In this document: positions 38,172-48,371 of the stretch, in pieces
How the letters are laid out: each line of letters opens with the position of its first letter
Numbering within the stretch: position 1 is the stretch's first letter
Virus record (IMG/VR): IMGVR_UViG_3300021958_000031
Origin: an uncultured virus (IMG/VR IMGVR_UViG_3300021958_000031)
Taxonomy: Duplodnaviria; Heunggongvirae; Uroviricota; Caudoviricetes
Direction: 5' to 3' (one strand)
Length of the DNA stretch: 64,000 nucleotides
Translations under genes and position numbers: made by a program
The notes under the pieces: generated by a model
Database searches by the model: none
Seen by the model: the letters and a program-made list of their open reading frames with translations, nothing else
Told to the model about the DNA's origin: nothing

Positions 38172-40061
38172 TTAATCAAGAGTATACCAATCTAATCGGT
38201 TTATCTTCTGTAGATATTCTTCCCATTTATTAATTAAAGACTCTGCCGAAAACTTTTCTGCAAATTTCCTACAGTCTTTAGGATTAATCTTATCTATATC
38301 ATTTATAGCTTTTACAAAATCATTAAAGTATGAACACCTAAATCCCGTTACACCTTCTAAAACATTTTCAGTATAGCCACCCCAGTCTGTACAAATAATA
38401 GGAGTACCTGATAACCCTGCTTCTATAGGAGTTAACCCAAAAGGCTCCGCATAATACGAAGGAGAAATAACAGCTTTGGCTTCCGATAAATATTTCTTCC
38501 TTTCTTCTATACCTAAGCACCCTACATATTCCATATTAGGCAACAATGAAATAACATCAATATTTCCTTGGCCTGCTATAATAAATTTTTTGTCTGGGAA
38601 ATGGTTAGCAAGATCTCTAAATATTGTTATTCCTTTATTCTCACCTAACCTACCTATAAAGAAAAAGTAATCTTTTTTATTTTCATTATATGTAAAATTA
38701 CTTAGGTCATTTGCCATTGGTGGAATTACTGTATCATGCCAATAATTACCATCCATGTTATATTTCCCATAATTAAAATGTTGATTTGATGCCGATGCCC
38801 ATACATGGTATGATGTTGATAATGAAGGCAATCGATGGCCTATATGACCGTCTACAATTTTTGCATAAGGAAATGATTCACGTAAAACTTTTATAGAAGG
38901 TGACCACATACATATAATAATATCACCTTCATTATAATTGTCTAACAAATGATCTTTTGCTCTATTAAAAAATATGCTATTTGCTTCATGATTATCAATC
39001 CATTGTTTATCTTTATACTCTGTAACAAAATATTTTTTTAAAAAATCATAATCACCACATTCCCACTTTTTAGTACATGAAACTGAAGATTCTTTATAAC
39101 CGTAGTAATGTACCTCGTGCCCATTATTATGTAAATAAGTTGTAACATAATAACTTACCATAGAATAAGGATCCATCGGTAATTTATCCGTTGATGGATT
39201 TCTTGCATTTCCTATAATATGTAGTCTCATATTTCTTTTTGTTATTTTATTCCAAATAGATAACCCTTTTTGTATGTTTCTATTTTTAGTTTTTTTATTT
39301 TTTTCCCATGGCTTTACCCATGCCATGTGTAAAATATTTGCATCGTCACCACCCATTGATTCAACATTCTCTATTTCATAATACCAATTCCATGAAGGTG
39401 TTAAATGCTTATAAAAAGATTTTGGTGTATCTAAAATTAATAAACCTAAAAGAATATCAGTATCTTTCATAGGATAACCTGCATCTTTACATTTAGTAAA
39501 AAGATCATATGACTTTTTGTAAATTTGCTCAGAAAACCATCTTTCATTATTGATAACCATTACGCCATCTTGGATGTCTATAATATTATCTTTATTTTGT
39601 AATTCAAATGTACTTTCTAAAAACTCAATAGTATCATTATCACAAACAGCTTTTAAATAATACCAGCAATCAATTTGTTCACTGAGATTATTTCTCATTC
39701 TTGGCGCTCCTGCAAATACAAAATCTTCATCAACCCAAGAAAAATCTAATTCTTTTAAACAAACAACATCAGCATCAATATGCATAGAATAATCATACCC
39801 GTATTTACGGAGAATGTCCGGAACTGCAAAGTAAAGAAAAGATTCGGGTGGATAACCTGTATCTGAATAACCTTCAATGTAATCTTTAGGATTAAGAACA
39901 ATTACATTTACATTAGGAAGTGATTTAGCCTCAGTGTCAGATGTAACTATAAAAAAATCAAAAACGCCTGGATTTTGCTCTTCAAATATCTCAAAACATC
40001 TTACTGCTTTGAAAAAGTAATTTTTATTAATATTTGTAAATAAAGCTATTTTCTTTTTCAT
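38172..40061 (-). CDS. Two-domain glycosyltransferase (GT8-like GT-A plus GT4-like GT-B)
   Basis: N-half HIDADV and H...KPW; C-half GRL...KG, EPFGLTPIEA..GTP and EGVTGF. Confidence 0.85.
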   Translation of the reverse strand: MKKKIALFTNINKNYFFKAVRCFEIFEEQNPGVFDFFIVTSDTEAKSLPNVNVIVLNPKDYIEGYSDTGYPPESFLYFAVPDILRKYGYDYSMHIDADVVCLKELDFSWVDEDFVFAGAPRMRNNLSEQIDCWYYLKAVCDNDTIEFLESTFELQNKDNIIDIQDGVMVINNERWFSEQIYKKSYDLFTKCKDAGYPMKDTDILLGLLILDTPKSFYKHLTPSWNWYYEIENVESMGGDDANILHMAWVKPWEKNKKTKNRNIQKGLSIWNKITKRNMRLHIIGNARNPSTDKLPMDPYSMVSYYVTTYLHNNGHEVHYYGYKESSVSCTKKWECGDYDFLKKYFVTEYKDKQWIDNHEANSIFFNRAKDHLLDNYNEGDIIICMWSPSIKVLRESFPYAKIVDGHIGHRLPSLSTSYHVWASASNQHFNYGKYNMDGNYWHDTVIPPMANDLSNFTYNENKKDYFFFIGRLGENKGITIFRDLANHFPDKKFIIAGQGNIDVISLLPNMEYVGCLGIEERKKYLSEAKAVISPSYYAEPFGLTPIEAGLSGTPIICTDWGGYTENVLEGVTGFRCSYFNDFVKAINDIDKINPKDCRKFAEKFSAESLINKWEEYLQKINRLDWYTLD

Positions 40062-40177
40062 TAAAATAATAATTTAAACACTTCATAAACCCATACCCAA
40101 AGAAATAGGCTCATACTTAATAATACTGCCCATGTTATAATAAAAAACCAATTATATTTTTTATACCATTTCATATG

Positions 40178-41266
40178 TTAATTACTTAAAGGTGCTTTAA
40201 TAGATTTATGACTTTCATAACCTATAAGATCGTATGCAAATTCACCACTTAAAATATCAGATGCAACTATATTAAGTTCAGGTAGCATAATTGGATCCCT
40301 TTTGAGTTGTTCTTTTGCTTGTTCTATATGATTTTTATATAAATGTACATCTCCTAGATTTCCAATTAATTGATCAGGTACCATATTTACCTCATGTGCG
40401 ATGATTTTTAAAAGTAATGCATAACTTGCAATGTTAAACGGAAGACCTAAGAATGTATCAACTGATCTTTGATTCCACATTAAACTAATCTTTCTTCTTG
40501 GAACATTTCTTTCATCTAAATCTTTATGTTCAAATCTTTTAGCATATGACATATCTTTTCCAATAGAAAGAGTCCATTCTAATGCTCTTTCTTCTAAAGA
40601 CATTTCTGTAGTATAAACCTGAAAGCCATAATGACAAGGGGGAAGGGTCATTTGATCTAACTCACCAACATTCCATGCATTAACCATTAATCTTCTACTA
40701 TCTGGATTTTCTTTAAGTTCAGTAATTAAATTTTTTATTTGATCAATTCCGTTCCACATCATATAGGATACGCCGTCGATATGCTCAAATTCTTCTACCC
40801 AACGCCTCCATTGCTTTCCGTAGATAGGACCTAACTCCCCCCACTTCTTAGCAAACTCATCATCAGTTTTAATTCGCTCAATAAACTCTTCTTGCGTCAA
40901 GATGCGAACTTTGTTTTGAATCGCATCTTCGATATGTACTTCATAATCTGGCTCTTCTAAATTTTTGGCATGTTTTGTATATTTCTTATATGCATCACCA
41001 TTCCAAATGTTGCATCCGTTGTCTACCAAATACTTAATGTTGGTATCACCCTTTAAGAACCACTTAAGTTCAGTAGCAATTGTTTTCATTGGCATTCTCT
41101 TTGTGGTTAACAAAGGAAACCCTTGTGTCATATCCCATCTGATAGTATATCCAAAAATTGATTTTGTTCCTGTACCTGTTCTATCCTTTTTATCTTTACC
41201 AAAATCTAAAATAGTTTGTAAAAGCTCCTGGTATCTTTCGTCTATTGTAAAATCTTTATCAATCAT
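40178..41266 (-). CDS. thyA: Thymidylate synthase
   Basis: DRTGTGT, FPLLTTK, LGPIYG.QWR, LPPCH, QRSVD..LGLPFNIASY and HLY.NH motifs. Confidence 0.96.
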   Translation of the reverse strand: MIDKDFTIDERYQELLQTILDFGKDKKDRTGTGTKSIFGYTIRWDMTQGFPLLTTKRMPMKTIATELKWFLKGDTNIKYLVDNGCNIWNGDAYKKYTKHAKNLEEPDYEVHIEDAIQNKVRILTQEEFIERIKTDDEFAKKWGELGPIYGKQWRRWVEEFEHIDGVSYMMWNGIDQIKNLITELKENPDSRRLMVNAWNVGELDQMTLPPCHYGFQVYTTEMSLEERALEWTLSIGKDMSYAKRFEHKDLDERNVPRRKISLMWNQRSVDTFLGLPFNIASYALLLKIIAHEVNMVPDQLIGNLGDVHLYKNHIEQAKEQLKRDPIMLPELNIVASDILSGEFAYDLIGYESHKSIKAPLSN

Positions 41267-41574
41267 ATGTATGCTATTAAATAATTTGAAATAAAATATG
41301 CTAACTTATAACCTGCGAAACCTCCAAAGGCAGTAGGAATAGGAAAAAGAATAAACTTTGCTAATGAGGTTACGTATTTAGGTCGGTTAATTACTCTACT
41401 GATATAAAAGTAATGAAACATATAAGCCATAATAACTGCTATATCAATTCTTAATGCAATAAAAGGTACAATAATAGCACCACTGAAGCCAAAAATAAAA
41501 TTTTCGATAATTGCAGATCGGATTTCTTTTTTACTAGATTCTCGATATTCTTTAGAGATTTTCTTAATTCCCAT
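41263..41574 (-). CDS. Membrane protein
   Basis: Two to three hydrophobic segments. Confidence 0.65.
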   Translation of the reverse strand: MGIKKISKEYRESSKKEIRSAIIENFIFGFSGAIIVPFIALRIDIAVIMAYMFHYFYISRVINRPKYVTSLAKFILFPIPTAFGGFAGYKLAYFISNYLIAYI

Positions 41575-41582
41575 GTTTTTAA

Positions 41583-41774
41583 TTACTTATCACTGTTTTG
41601 TTTCCAATCTATCCAAAATCCTACTGCTACCATTAAGTGTAAAAATATTGATAAACCATATTCATAAAAATCATGCCAAGTAGCAAAGTGCAAATGTACA
41701 TGACCAATTATCCAAAAAGGTATAGCCATTTGTTGACTATACCATATTAAAAAGAATTTAATAAATTTATTCAT
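41583..41774 (-). CDS. Small membrane protein, His-containing
   Basis: 63-aa hydrophobic ORF with GHVHLH. Confidence 0.6.
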   Translation of the reverse strand: MNKFIKFFLIWYSQQMAIPFWIIGHVHLHFATWHDFYEYGLSIFLHLMVAVGFWIDWKQNSDK

Positions 41775-42796
41775 AATAAATGTGGTTTTGCTTCATTTTG
41801 TCCAGCATTAGTAACTTGTATGTACTTAGGAAAAAATGATTTTATTTCCTTGGCTCCTGCATATGATAAAGCAGATCTTACACCATCAGTTAAACCTTTA
41901 ATTATATATTTGACTCCGCCTTTAAATGGAATAATTGTGGATTCTCCTTCTACATTTCTTTGTGCTTGTCCATGAGTAGTCTTTGTTTCTAAAGAAGCAG
42001 ATCCTCTATATCTTTTATAAAGAGCATTACTTTTTTCAACCATCTGACCTGGCGATTCTAAGGTACCTGCAAGAAGAGAACCTAACATTACATTATCAGC
42101 ACCGACTGCTAATGCTTTTGCAATATCTCCACTGCTTCTAATTCCACCATCTGCCATGATAGGAACTGTTGCAACTTTAGATATTTCTTCAAGACAAGTA
42201 ACATTAGGTACACCGAATCCAGTTTTAATTCTTGTAGTACATAAAGAGCCACCGCCAATACCTACTCGTAAACCATCTGCTCCTGCATCTTGTAATCGTT
42301 CGGCTGCCTCTGCTGTTGCAATATTACCTGCAATAATATCTACGTGACTAGGTAAATTATCTTTACACCATTTTGTCATATCTATAACATTTTGATGATC
42401 ACCGTGTGCAACGTCAATTAAAAGAACCTTAGCCCCACTAATTACTAATTCTTTAGCCCTTATCTTATCATCTTCTTGAACTCCAATTGCAGCCATGATA
42501 GGAATAGTTAAAGGTACTTTATTATTATGATAAGAATTAATTAAAGTTATGAGTTTAGTTATCTCATCACATTGTTCTTTAATAGTATTAAATCTATGAA
42601 TACATCCAACACCACCTAGCTGATAAAGTTTAAATGCCATTTCACTTTCACAAACCGTATCCATAGGAGATCCTACTATAGGTATACGAATTAAATATTT
42701 TTTAGAAAGTTTTGTTGTAAGATCAATCGATTGTCTTGATTTAATACCTGAGAATGCCGGTACTAATTGGATGTCATCATATGTTAAATACGTCAT
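41771..42796 (-). CDS. guaB: IMP dehydrogenase / GMP reductase family enzyme without CBS domains
   Basis: PMDTV, IDVAHG, GIGGGSLCTTR catalytic Cys loop and ADGGI. IMPDH versus GMPR cannot be resolved by eye. Confidence 0.8.
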   Translation of the reverse strand: MTYLTYDDIQLVPAFSGIKSRQSIDLTTKLSKKYLIRIPIVGSPMDTVCESEMAFKLYQLGGVGCIHRFNTIKEQCDEITKLITLINSYHNNKVPLTIPIMAAIGVQEDDKIRAKELVISGAKVLLIDVAHGDHQNVIDMTKWCKDNLPSHVDIIAGNIATAEAAERLQDAGADGLRVGIGGGSLCTTRIKTGFGVPNVTCLEEISKVATVPIMADGGIRSSGDIAKALAVGADNVMLGSLLAGTLESPGQMVEKSNALYKRYRGSASLETKTTHGQAQRNVEGESTIIPFKGGVKYIIKGLTDGVRSALSYAGAKEIKSFFPKYIQVTNAGQNEAKPHLL

Positions 42797-42851
42797 TCTT
42801 ATTTTAGATTAAATGTACTGTTTATTTTTATATGTAAAAAACTTAAAAGGT

Positions 42852-43076
42852 TTAATCTTTTTTGATTCCAAATTTAGATTTATACCAAATTCTTTCATGA
42901 ATATAGTAAAGTACCATTTTAGTAAATACTTCAACGCCACCTATACTTAAACCGAGTAAAGGGTCCCCGCTTATTATCCAAGCGACGACCATTGTATCTA
43001 ATGTTCCAATTAACCTCCATGTTACAGTTTTAAGTAAGTGTCTATGTCTGTTTATTAACGGCTTAGAGTTTTCCAT
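42852..43076 (-). CDS. DUF2061 membrane protein
   Basis: KTVTWR..GTLDT...K..LYYIHERIW. Confidence 0.85.
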   Translation of the reverse strand: MENSKPLINRHRHLLKTVTWRLIGTLDTMVVAWIISGDPLLGLSIGGVEVFTKMVLYYIHERIWYKSKFGIKKD

Positions 43077-43461
43077 CGGCTTTCATTTGATTTCTAATTG
43101 AAGTTGCCGAAATATCACCTATTTCTTTTGGTGGTACATGTTCGATAATATCATATCCTACACCTCTGCCATAATTAATAGATTCAATATCAGGAATAAT
43201 TGTTGGTAACACTTTACCTTCCTTGATAAGTTCTTTTAATTCTCCTTCTTTTACCATTTCTAAAATCTCTTGTGCAGTCCAAGGATTCTTTTCATCTGGT
43301 TTTACATCTCTAATTCCTAACCATACATTATAACCTTCCTTTAGTCTTTCATTAATTAACCAAAGATGCCCTTTGTGTAATGGTTGCCATCTACCTGCAA
43401 AGAATGAATACTTTACTTCTGATGATGAACTTTCTTTGTCTGCTTTTGCTTTAAATTCCAT
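43063..43461 (-). CDS. HIGH-superfamily nucleotidyltransferase
   Basis: GRWQPLHKGH and ISATSIR motifs. Confidence 0.85.
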   Translation of the reverse strand: MEFKAKADKESSSSEVKYSFFAGRWQPLHKGHLWLINERLKEGYNVWLGIRDVKPDEKNPWTAQEILEMVKEGELKELIKEGKVLPTIIPDIESINYGRGVGYDIIEHVPPKEIGDISATSIRNQMKADGKL

Positions 43462-43789
43462 TGTCTCTTATTAAGTTTATTGCTATTGCCCGTTCGCCGG
43501 GTTTGTTTGGATCCATGTCGTTAATGAGATATCTTGGTCCTCTTTCAATCCCCATCTCTAATCTACTCCATGGAATTTTATTTTCCTTAAGTTCTTTTAT
43601 AGTATGCTCTCTTAGCCATTCAGGTCTTGCTGTTGTTAAAATAATCATATGTCCCTCTTTAGCCTTTTCTTCTAAAAACTTTAGAGTACTTGGTATTACT
43701 TCAGCTTTACTAGTTTCATATGTTTCAAATTTACGATACTTAAATATAGTACCATCAACATCTACAAAATACGTTTCTTTCTTTTCCAT
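43451..43789 (-). CDS. Small HAD phosphatase (capsule-biosynthesis type)
   Basis: FVDVDGT, TTAR and LIND motifs. Confidence 0.8.
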   Translation of the reverse strand: MEKKETYFVDVDGTIFKYRKFETYETSKAEVIPSTLKFLEEKAKEGHMIILTTARPEWLREHTIKELKENKIPWSRLEMGIERGPRYLINDMDPNKPGERAIAINLIRDNGI

Positions 43790-44217
43790 TAAATGTTTTT
43801 AAGTATTTTAGCAAACGATTCTTCTGGGGTATCTTTAGTAGTATCAATATCAATATACTTACTCGTAGGAGGTACATAAGCAATTGCCTTAAAGTGATCT
43901 CTTTCTCTAGGCTCAGAGGTATGAACATAAAATTCAATCATCTCATCACCCATAAGAGTTTTAAAATCTTCTCTTTGATCAACATAAGGTGCCACCAAAG
44001 ATACGATTACATCATGCCCTTGGTTATTTAAATAATGGGCAATTTTTTGAGCCGTGCCAACATTAACTACCCTACCATTAATTGTGTAATCTTTGTTTGT
44101 AAATAACTCTCTCATCTCATCACCATCAATGCGAAATGCATTAGGCATTTTTTCTTTTAGCATATTAGCCAAAACTGTTTTTCCATGTGCGGGTTGTCCC
44201 GTAAACCAATAAATCAT
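43789..44217 (-). CDS. cysC: Adenylylsulfate kinase
   Basis: WFTGQPAHGKT P-loop, IDGDEMR and VSLVAPY..R. Confidence 0.85.
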   Translation of the reverse strand: MIYWFTGQPAHGKTVLANMLKEKMPNAFRIDGDEMRELFTNKDYTINGRVVNVGTAQKIAHYLNNQGHDVIVSLVAPYVDQREDFKTLMGDEMIEFYVHTSEPRERDHFKAIAYVPPTSKYIDIDTTKDTPEESFAKILKNI

Positions 44218-44219
44218 AT

Positions 44220-46238
44220 TTATCCTTTTTTAATTGTTAAAGTTCCTTTTGATCCTGTAACTTTAATGATGTCGCCTTCTTCAATTTCTTTTTTAAGAAT
44301 CATCTCAGCTACAGGGTTTTCAATTAATCTTTCCAATGATCTTCTTAATGGCCTTGCACCATATTTTGGATCAAAGCCTTGTTCTAAAATTATATCCTTA
44401 GCAGCTTTATTTATTTTTAAAACATACTCCCCGACATCTTTTAAGTTTTCGGCAAGCTCTTTGCATTCTTTATTTAAAATTGACATTACTACATTTTTAG
44501 TTAGAGAATTAAATACTATTACTTCATCAATTCTATTTAAAAATTCTGGAGCAAACTTCTTCTTTAATGCTTTATTAATGATATCCTTTTCTGCCTGTTG
44601 TTCTTCAGCAACTGTTTTTGTACCAAATCCTATACCACTCCCAAAATCTTGCACCTTTCTTGACCCTGTATTAGAAGTTAAAATAACTAAGCAGTTTCTA
44701 AAATCGATTGATCTACCTAAAGAATCGGTTAGATAACCATCGTCTAACATTTGAAGTAATACATTAAAGACTTCTGGATGAGCTTTTTCTATTTCGTCAA
44801 ATAATATAACAGAGTGAGGTTTTCTTTTCACCTGCTCTGTTAAAAACCCACCGGATTCATGACCTACATAACCAGGAGGAGAACCAATTAATTTAGAAAC
44901 AGAATGAGGTTCCATATATTCAGTCATATCCACCCTAATAAGATCCTCATCGGAATTAAACATATAAGAACTTAACTCTTTTGCTAATTGGGTTTTACCA
45001 ACTCCAGTAGGACCTAAGAAAATAAAGTTACCCATAGTCCTATTTCTTTTTCTGATACCTACTCGGTTTCTCTGAATAGTCATTGATATTTTATTAATAG
45101 CTTCTTCCTGCCCAATAACCTTTGATGATAAATGTTTATTAATTCCTAAAAGGTTTTTATGTTCTTTATCAGTAATTTTTTCTACAGGTATTCCAGTTGC
45201 TTTAGAAACAACATAAAGTATGTCATCCTCGGTAATTTCCATCTTAACTTCAGCTAATTCATGTTTCCATGTTTTATATTCTTTCTCAATTTTATTTTTT
45301 AGATTTAAACAAGCGTCCCTCATTTGTGCAGCAACTTCATACTTTTGGGCTTTTACAGCAGCTTTCTTTTCCTTTTCTTTTTCTACTAATTTAGATTCTA
45401 ATGTCTTTATTTTTTTAGGAATCTTAATATGTGTTAAATGTTTATAGGAACCGACTTCATCTAAAACATCAACAGCTTTATCTGGAAAATATCTATCCAT
45501 CATATATTGATCAGAAACCTTAACAATCATTTCAATAATTTCATCAGAATAATTTACATTATGAAAATCAGAATACTTATGTCTTAAGTGAGATAAGATT
45601 TCAACAGTTTCTTCCAACGATGGCGGTTCAATTACAACCTTCTGAAACCTTCTATCTAATGCACCATCGGATTCAATACTTTCTCTAAACTCATCAAACG
45701 TAGTTGCACCTATACATCTTATCTCTCCTCGTGATAAAGCAGGCTTAATAATATTTGAAGCATCTAAAGACCCAGTAGATCCACCTGCACCCATTATAGT
45801 ATGAAGCTCATCAATAAAAATAATTACATTTGGATTTTCAATAAGCTCATCAACGATGGCTTTCATTCTTTCTTCAAACTGCCCACGATATTTTGTACCA
45901 GCAACAATGGTAGATAATTCTAAAGTGTATATAATTTTTCCTTGTAAAGTAACAGGTACCTTTCCTTGAATTATTCTTGATGCTAACCCTTCGACTATTG
46001 CAGTTTTACCAACACCAGGTTCTCCGACTAATACAGGGTTATTCTTTCTCCGCCTTCCTAAAATTTGTATTACTCTTAAGATCTCCTCCTCTCTTCCTAT
46101 AACAGGATCAAGTTTATTATCTATGGCTAATTGTGTTACGTTAGTTCCATATTGTTCTAAGATAGTTAATGGATTAATTCTCTTACTTGATTTCTTTTCT
46201 TTGTTTAAATTCTCCTCGTCTGGATATATTTCTCCCAT
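44220..46238 (-). CDS. clpC: Clp protease ATP-binding subunit lacking the N-terminal Clp repeat domain
   Basis: Two AAA+ modules (GEPGVGKT, GPTGVGKT), KYRG and GYVG pore loops, UVR-like M-domain, IGF ClpP-docking loop and GARPLRR. Confidence 0.92.
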   Translation of the reverse strand: MGEIYPDEENLNKEKKSSKRINPLTILEQYGTNVTQLAIDNKLDPVIGREEEILRVIQILGRRRKNNPVLVGEPGVGKTAIVEGLASRIIQGKVPVTLQGKIIYTLELSTIVAGTKYRGQFEERMKAIVDELIENPNVIIFIDELHTIMGAGGSTGSLDASNIIKPALSRGEIRCIGATTFDEFRESIESDGALDRRFQKVVIEPPSLEETVEILSHLRHKYSDFHNVNYSDEIIEMIVKVSDQYMMDRYFPDKAVDVLDEVGSYKHLTHIKIPKKIKTLESKLVEKEKEKKAAVKAQKYEVAAQMRDACLNLKNKIEKEYKTWKHELAEVKMEITEDDILYVVSKATGIPVEKITDKEHKNLLGINKHLSSKVIGQEEAINKISMTIQRNRVGIRKRNRTMGNFIFLGPTGVGKTQLAKELSSYMFNSDEDLIRVDMTEYMEPHSVSKLIGSPPGYVGHESGGFLTEQVKRKPHSVILFDEIEKAHPEVFNVLLQMLDDGYLTDSLGRSIDFRNCLVILTSNTGSRKVQDFGSGIGFGTKTVAEEQQAEKDIINKALKKKFAPEFLNRIDEVIVFNSLTKNVVMSILNKECKELAENLKDVGEYVLKINKAAKDIILEQGFDPKYGARPLRRSLERLIENPVAEMILKKEIEEGDIIKVTGSKGTLTIKKG

Positions 46239-46341
46239 AGTTAGTTTTAGATTTATAATAAAAATATAACAACATTTATTACTTTCTGAAAGCAGTAATG
46301 TTACTATATTAATTATACCTAAAAAATATAAATAGTTTAAG

Positions 46342-46683
46342 TTAAGATTTTATTGAAATGCTCAAGTTTGAGGTGCCTTTAATTAAGCGGTGGATTAAGC
46401 CTTTAGGTATATGAATGATTTTACCTGGCTCTATTGATTGTGGTAATTCATTATCAAATTGAAATTGCCAATCGTTTTCATTAAGAGATTCTACAAAACG
46501 ATCTTCTTCATCGGCATGCCATTTATATAAGTGATCTGGTGCGGTTGGATCAAAGTGTCTTAGGACTGTATCTGTTGAATACTGTTCTTCGGTAAAAGGC
46601 TTAGTTTGATCTTCCATTTGCTGAATTACCTGTTCATTAGTTAATTCATTACATTTACAAGATTTACATTTGCAATCTTTCAT
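46342..46683 (-). CDS. Cupin-fold protein with Cys-rich N-terminus
   Basis: WH.DEEDR...WQFQFDNELP...IPKG.IHRLIKG. Confidence 0.7.
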   Translation of the reverse strand: MKDCKCKSCKCNELTNEQVIQQMEDQTKPFTEEQYSTDTVLRHFDPTAPDHLYKWHADEEDRFVESLNENDWQFQFDNELPQSIEPGKIIHIPKGLIHRLIKGTSNLSISIKS

Positions 46684-46686
46684 TGC

Positions 46687-47406
46687 TTATTCGTATATTC
46701 CAATATTAATACTACCAGGCTTAAATGATATAAGTTTAGCTCCAATGTCAGTACCTATTCTTTCCCATGCAGATTTATCACTCATATAAGAAGATAGTCT
46801 TACTTCATATCCTTTACCCTTTTTCTTAACAGCTTTAATTGCCTTAGGAGAAATACCCATATTATCTATAGCCATTTCTAAATCATATTTAAAATCGGTA
46901 AAGTTACCTTTATAAGATTCATTCATAATAGTTTTAGCTAGCTTCTTTACTTGTGCAGTTGATCTTATACCATAACGAGACAGCATTTCTTCATTACCGA
47001 ATTCATCAATAAATTCTATCATGTCCTTTACGGTACCTTTATCTTCAATGCCTTGAAAGGTATCCATTGTTTCTTGATCAGTTCCAAATATCTTTTCTAA
47101 ATTATTATAAGCATCTGTTACTGATTCTTTAACTACTTTATCCCATGCTGCCATAAATTCTGGTCCATCTAATTTAAAATGACCAATGATATCAGCAATA
47201 GTATTATCCATTGACATCTGAACCTCATCTTCGTATTTCTCACCTGTGATGGCTTCATATTCATTACGGATGCCTTGTGCTAATATTTCAGGATCTACAT
47301 AACGACCATTAATATTTTGTCTTTTTAATGCAGCCAATGAATTCCTAAGGGAACCTACACCATTAACTCCGTATCTATATTTTTCAAATGTTTTAAAGTA
47401 TTTCAT
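46687..47406 (-). CDS. Putative internal-head polyprotein
   Basis: Start MKYFKTFEKY at 47406; linkers KESVTDA and IMNES. Confidence 0.68.
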   Translation of the reverse strand: MKYFKTFEKYRYGVNGVGSLRNSLAALKRQNINGRYVDPEILAQGIRNEYEAITGEKYEDEVQMSMDNTIADIIGHFKLDGPEFMAAWDKVVKESVTDAYNNLEKIFGTDQETMDTFQGIEDKGTVKDMIEFIDEFGNEEMLSRYGIRSTAQVKKLAKTIMNESYKGNFTDFKYDLEMAIDNMGISPKAIKAVKKKGKGYEVRLSSYMSDKSAWERIGTDIGAKLISFKPGSINIGIYE

Positions 47407-47407
47407 C

Positions 47408-48370
47408 TTATTTACCAAATTTTTGAATTTTTCCGAACTCTGCTTCTTTTAATGCTTTTTGAAAATCTTCCGTATCAGGAATAAGATCTTCAGCACTTAA
47501 AGCTTTTGCTCTTTTTGCTATAAATTTTGCAGCAGCTCCTTGATCTTTTGCTCTTCCGTATGCCTGAATAGCATTCTTTAAATCTTTTAAGTTTTTAATT
47601 GGAAAACTACCATCAGGTAGTGCCAATCCTTTTGCCGCCATTTCTTTTCTTTGTTCAGTATCATAATTTTCCATGATAACCAATTCAGCATCGGCATAAG
47701 CAGATTGTATTGCATTATCTAATTCAGCTTGAGCATCCTTTCTTAATTGTGTTAACCTACTAGCTTCAGATTTAAATGTTTCTTTATCTTTATCTGTTTT
47801 AGCACCTTTAAACTTTACTAAGTTAGCTTTTAAATCAGACATTACCTTATCTAATTTCTTTTGTGCCATGCTTACAGCCTTATCACCTTTGCCTTCATTA
47901 ACTTTTTCATTAGCCATATTATATCTTACATCTTCAATCCAGTCATCTTCAGTAAAATCTCCATAGTCTTTAAAGAACTGTTTAGCATTTTTCTTTGCCA
48001 TTCTTTCTAATGATTGAATATAATCTTTAGCATAAGATAAAGTAGTTACACCTTTCTTCATTGCCTTTTTCATAGCGGCGTCAAGGTCTAACATAATTTC
48101 CCCATAAGGCGTGGATCTTTTTTCATCCAATGATTCACCAACATAAATGTATTCTTTACCTGCTTTTTTAGCTTCGCCTTTTGCCCATTTAACAGCATCT
48201 GAATAACTCATTGCCTTTGGTGTAAAAATTGGCTCACCTCCTCTATCATCAAAATAAAATGCCCATTGCCCATACCCTCTGGGTTTTTTACCATGGCTTC
48301 TTTCGTATCGGTTAGTTTCTACGCGAACTGCTTCGTTTAAAAATTCATTACGTGTTTTAATAAACTTCAT
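47408..48370 (-). CDS. Putative internal-head polyprotein
   Basis: MKFIKTRNEFLNE-A start; linkers GESLDEK, NEKVNEG and IMEN; last module G.ALPDGSFPI....DL.NAIQAYGRA. Confidence 0.7.
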   Translation of the reverse strand: MKFIKTRNEFLNEAVRVETNRYERSHGKKPRGYGQWAFYFDDRGGEPIFTPKAMSYSDAVKWAKGEAKKAGKEYIYVGESLDEKRSTPYGEIMLDLDAAMKKAMKKGVTTLSYAKDYIQSLERMAKKNAKQFFKDYGDFTEDDWIEDVRYNMANEKVNEGKGDKAVSMAQKKLDKVMSDLKANLVKFKGAKTDKDKETFKSEASRLTQLRKDAQAELDNAIQSAYADAELVIMENYDTEQRKEMAAKGLALPDGSFPIKNLKDLKNAIQAYGRAKDQGAAAKFIAKRAKALSAEDLIPDTEDFQKALKEAEFGKIQKFGK

Positions 48371-48371
48371 A

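Noticed and set aside
40178..41266. Intron or intein in thyA
   Set aside because: The frame is continuous; extra segments are short in-frame insertions without intein termini or homing-endonuclease motifs.
44185..44736. Long plus-strand ORFs antisense to real genes (also 2252, 22120, 33609, 40965, 43461, 62688)
   Set aside because: Fully overlap well-supported minus-strand genes and show typical antisense composition.
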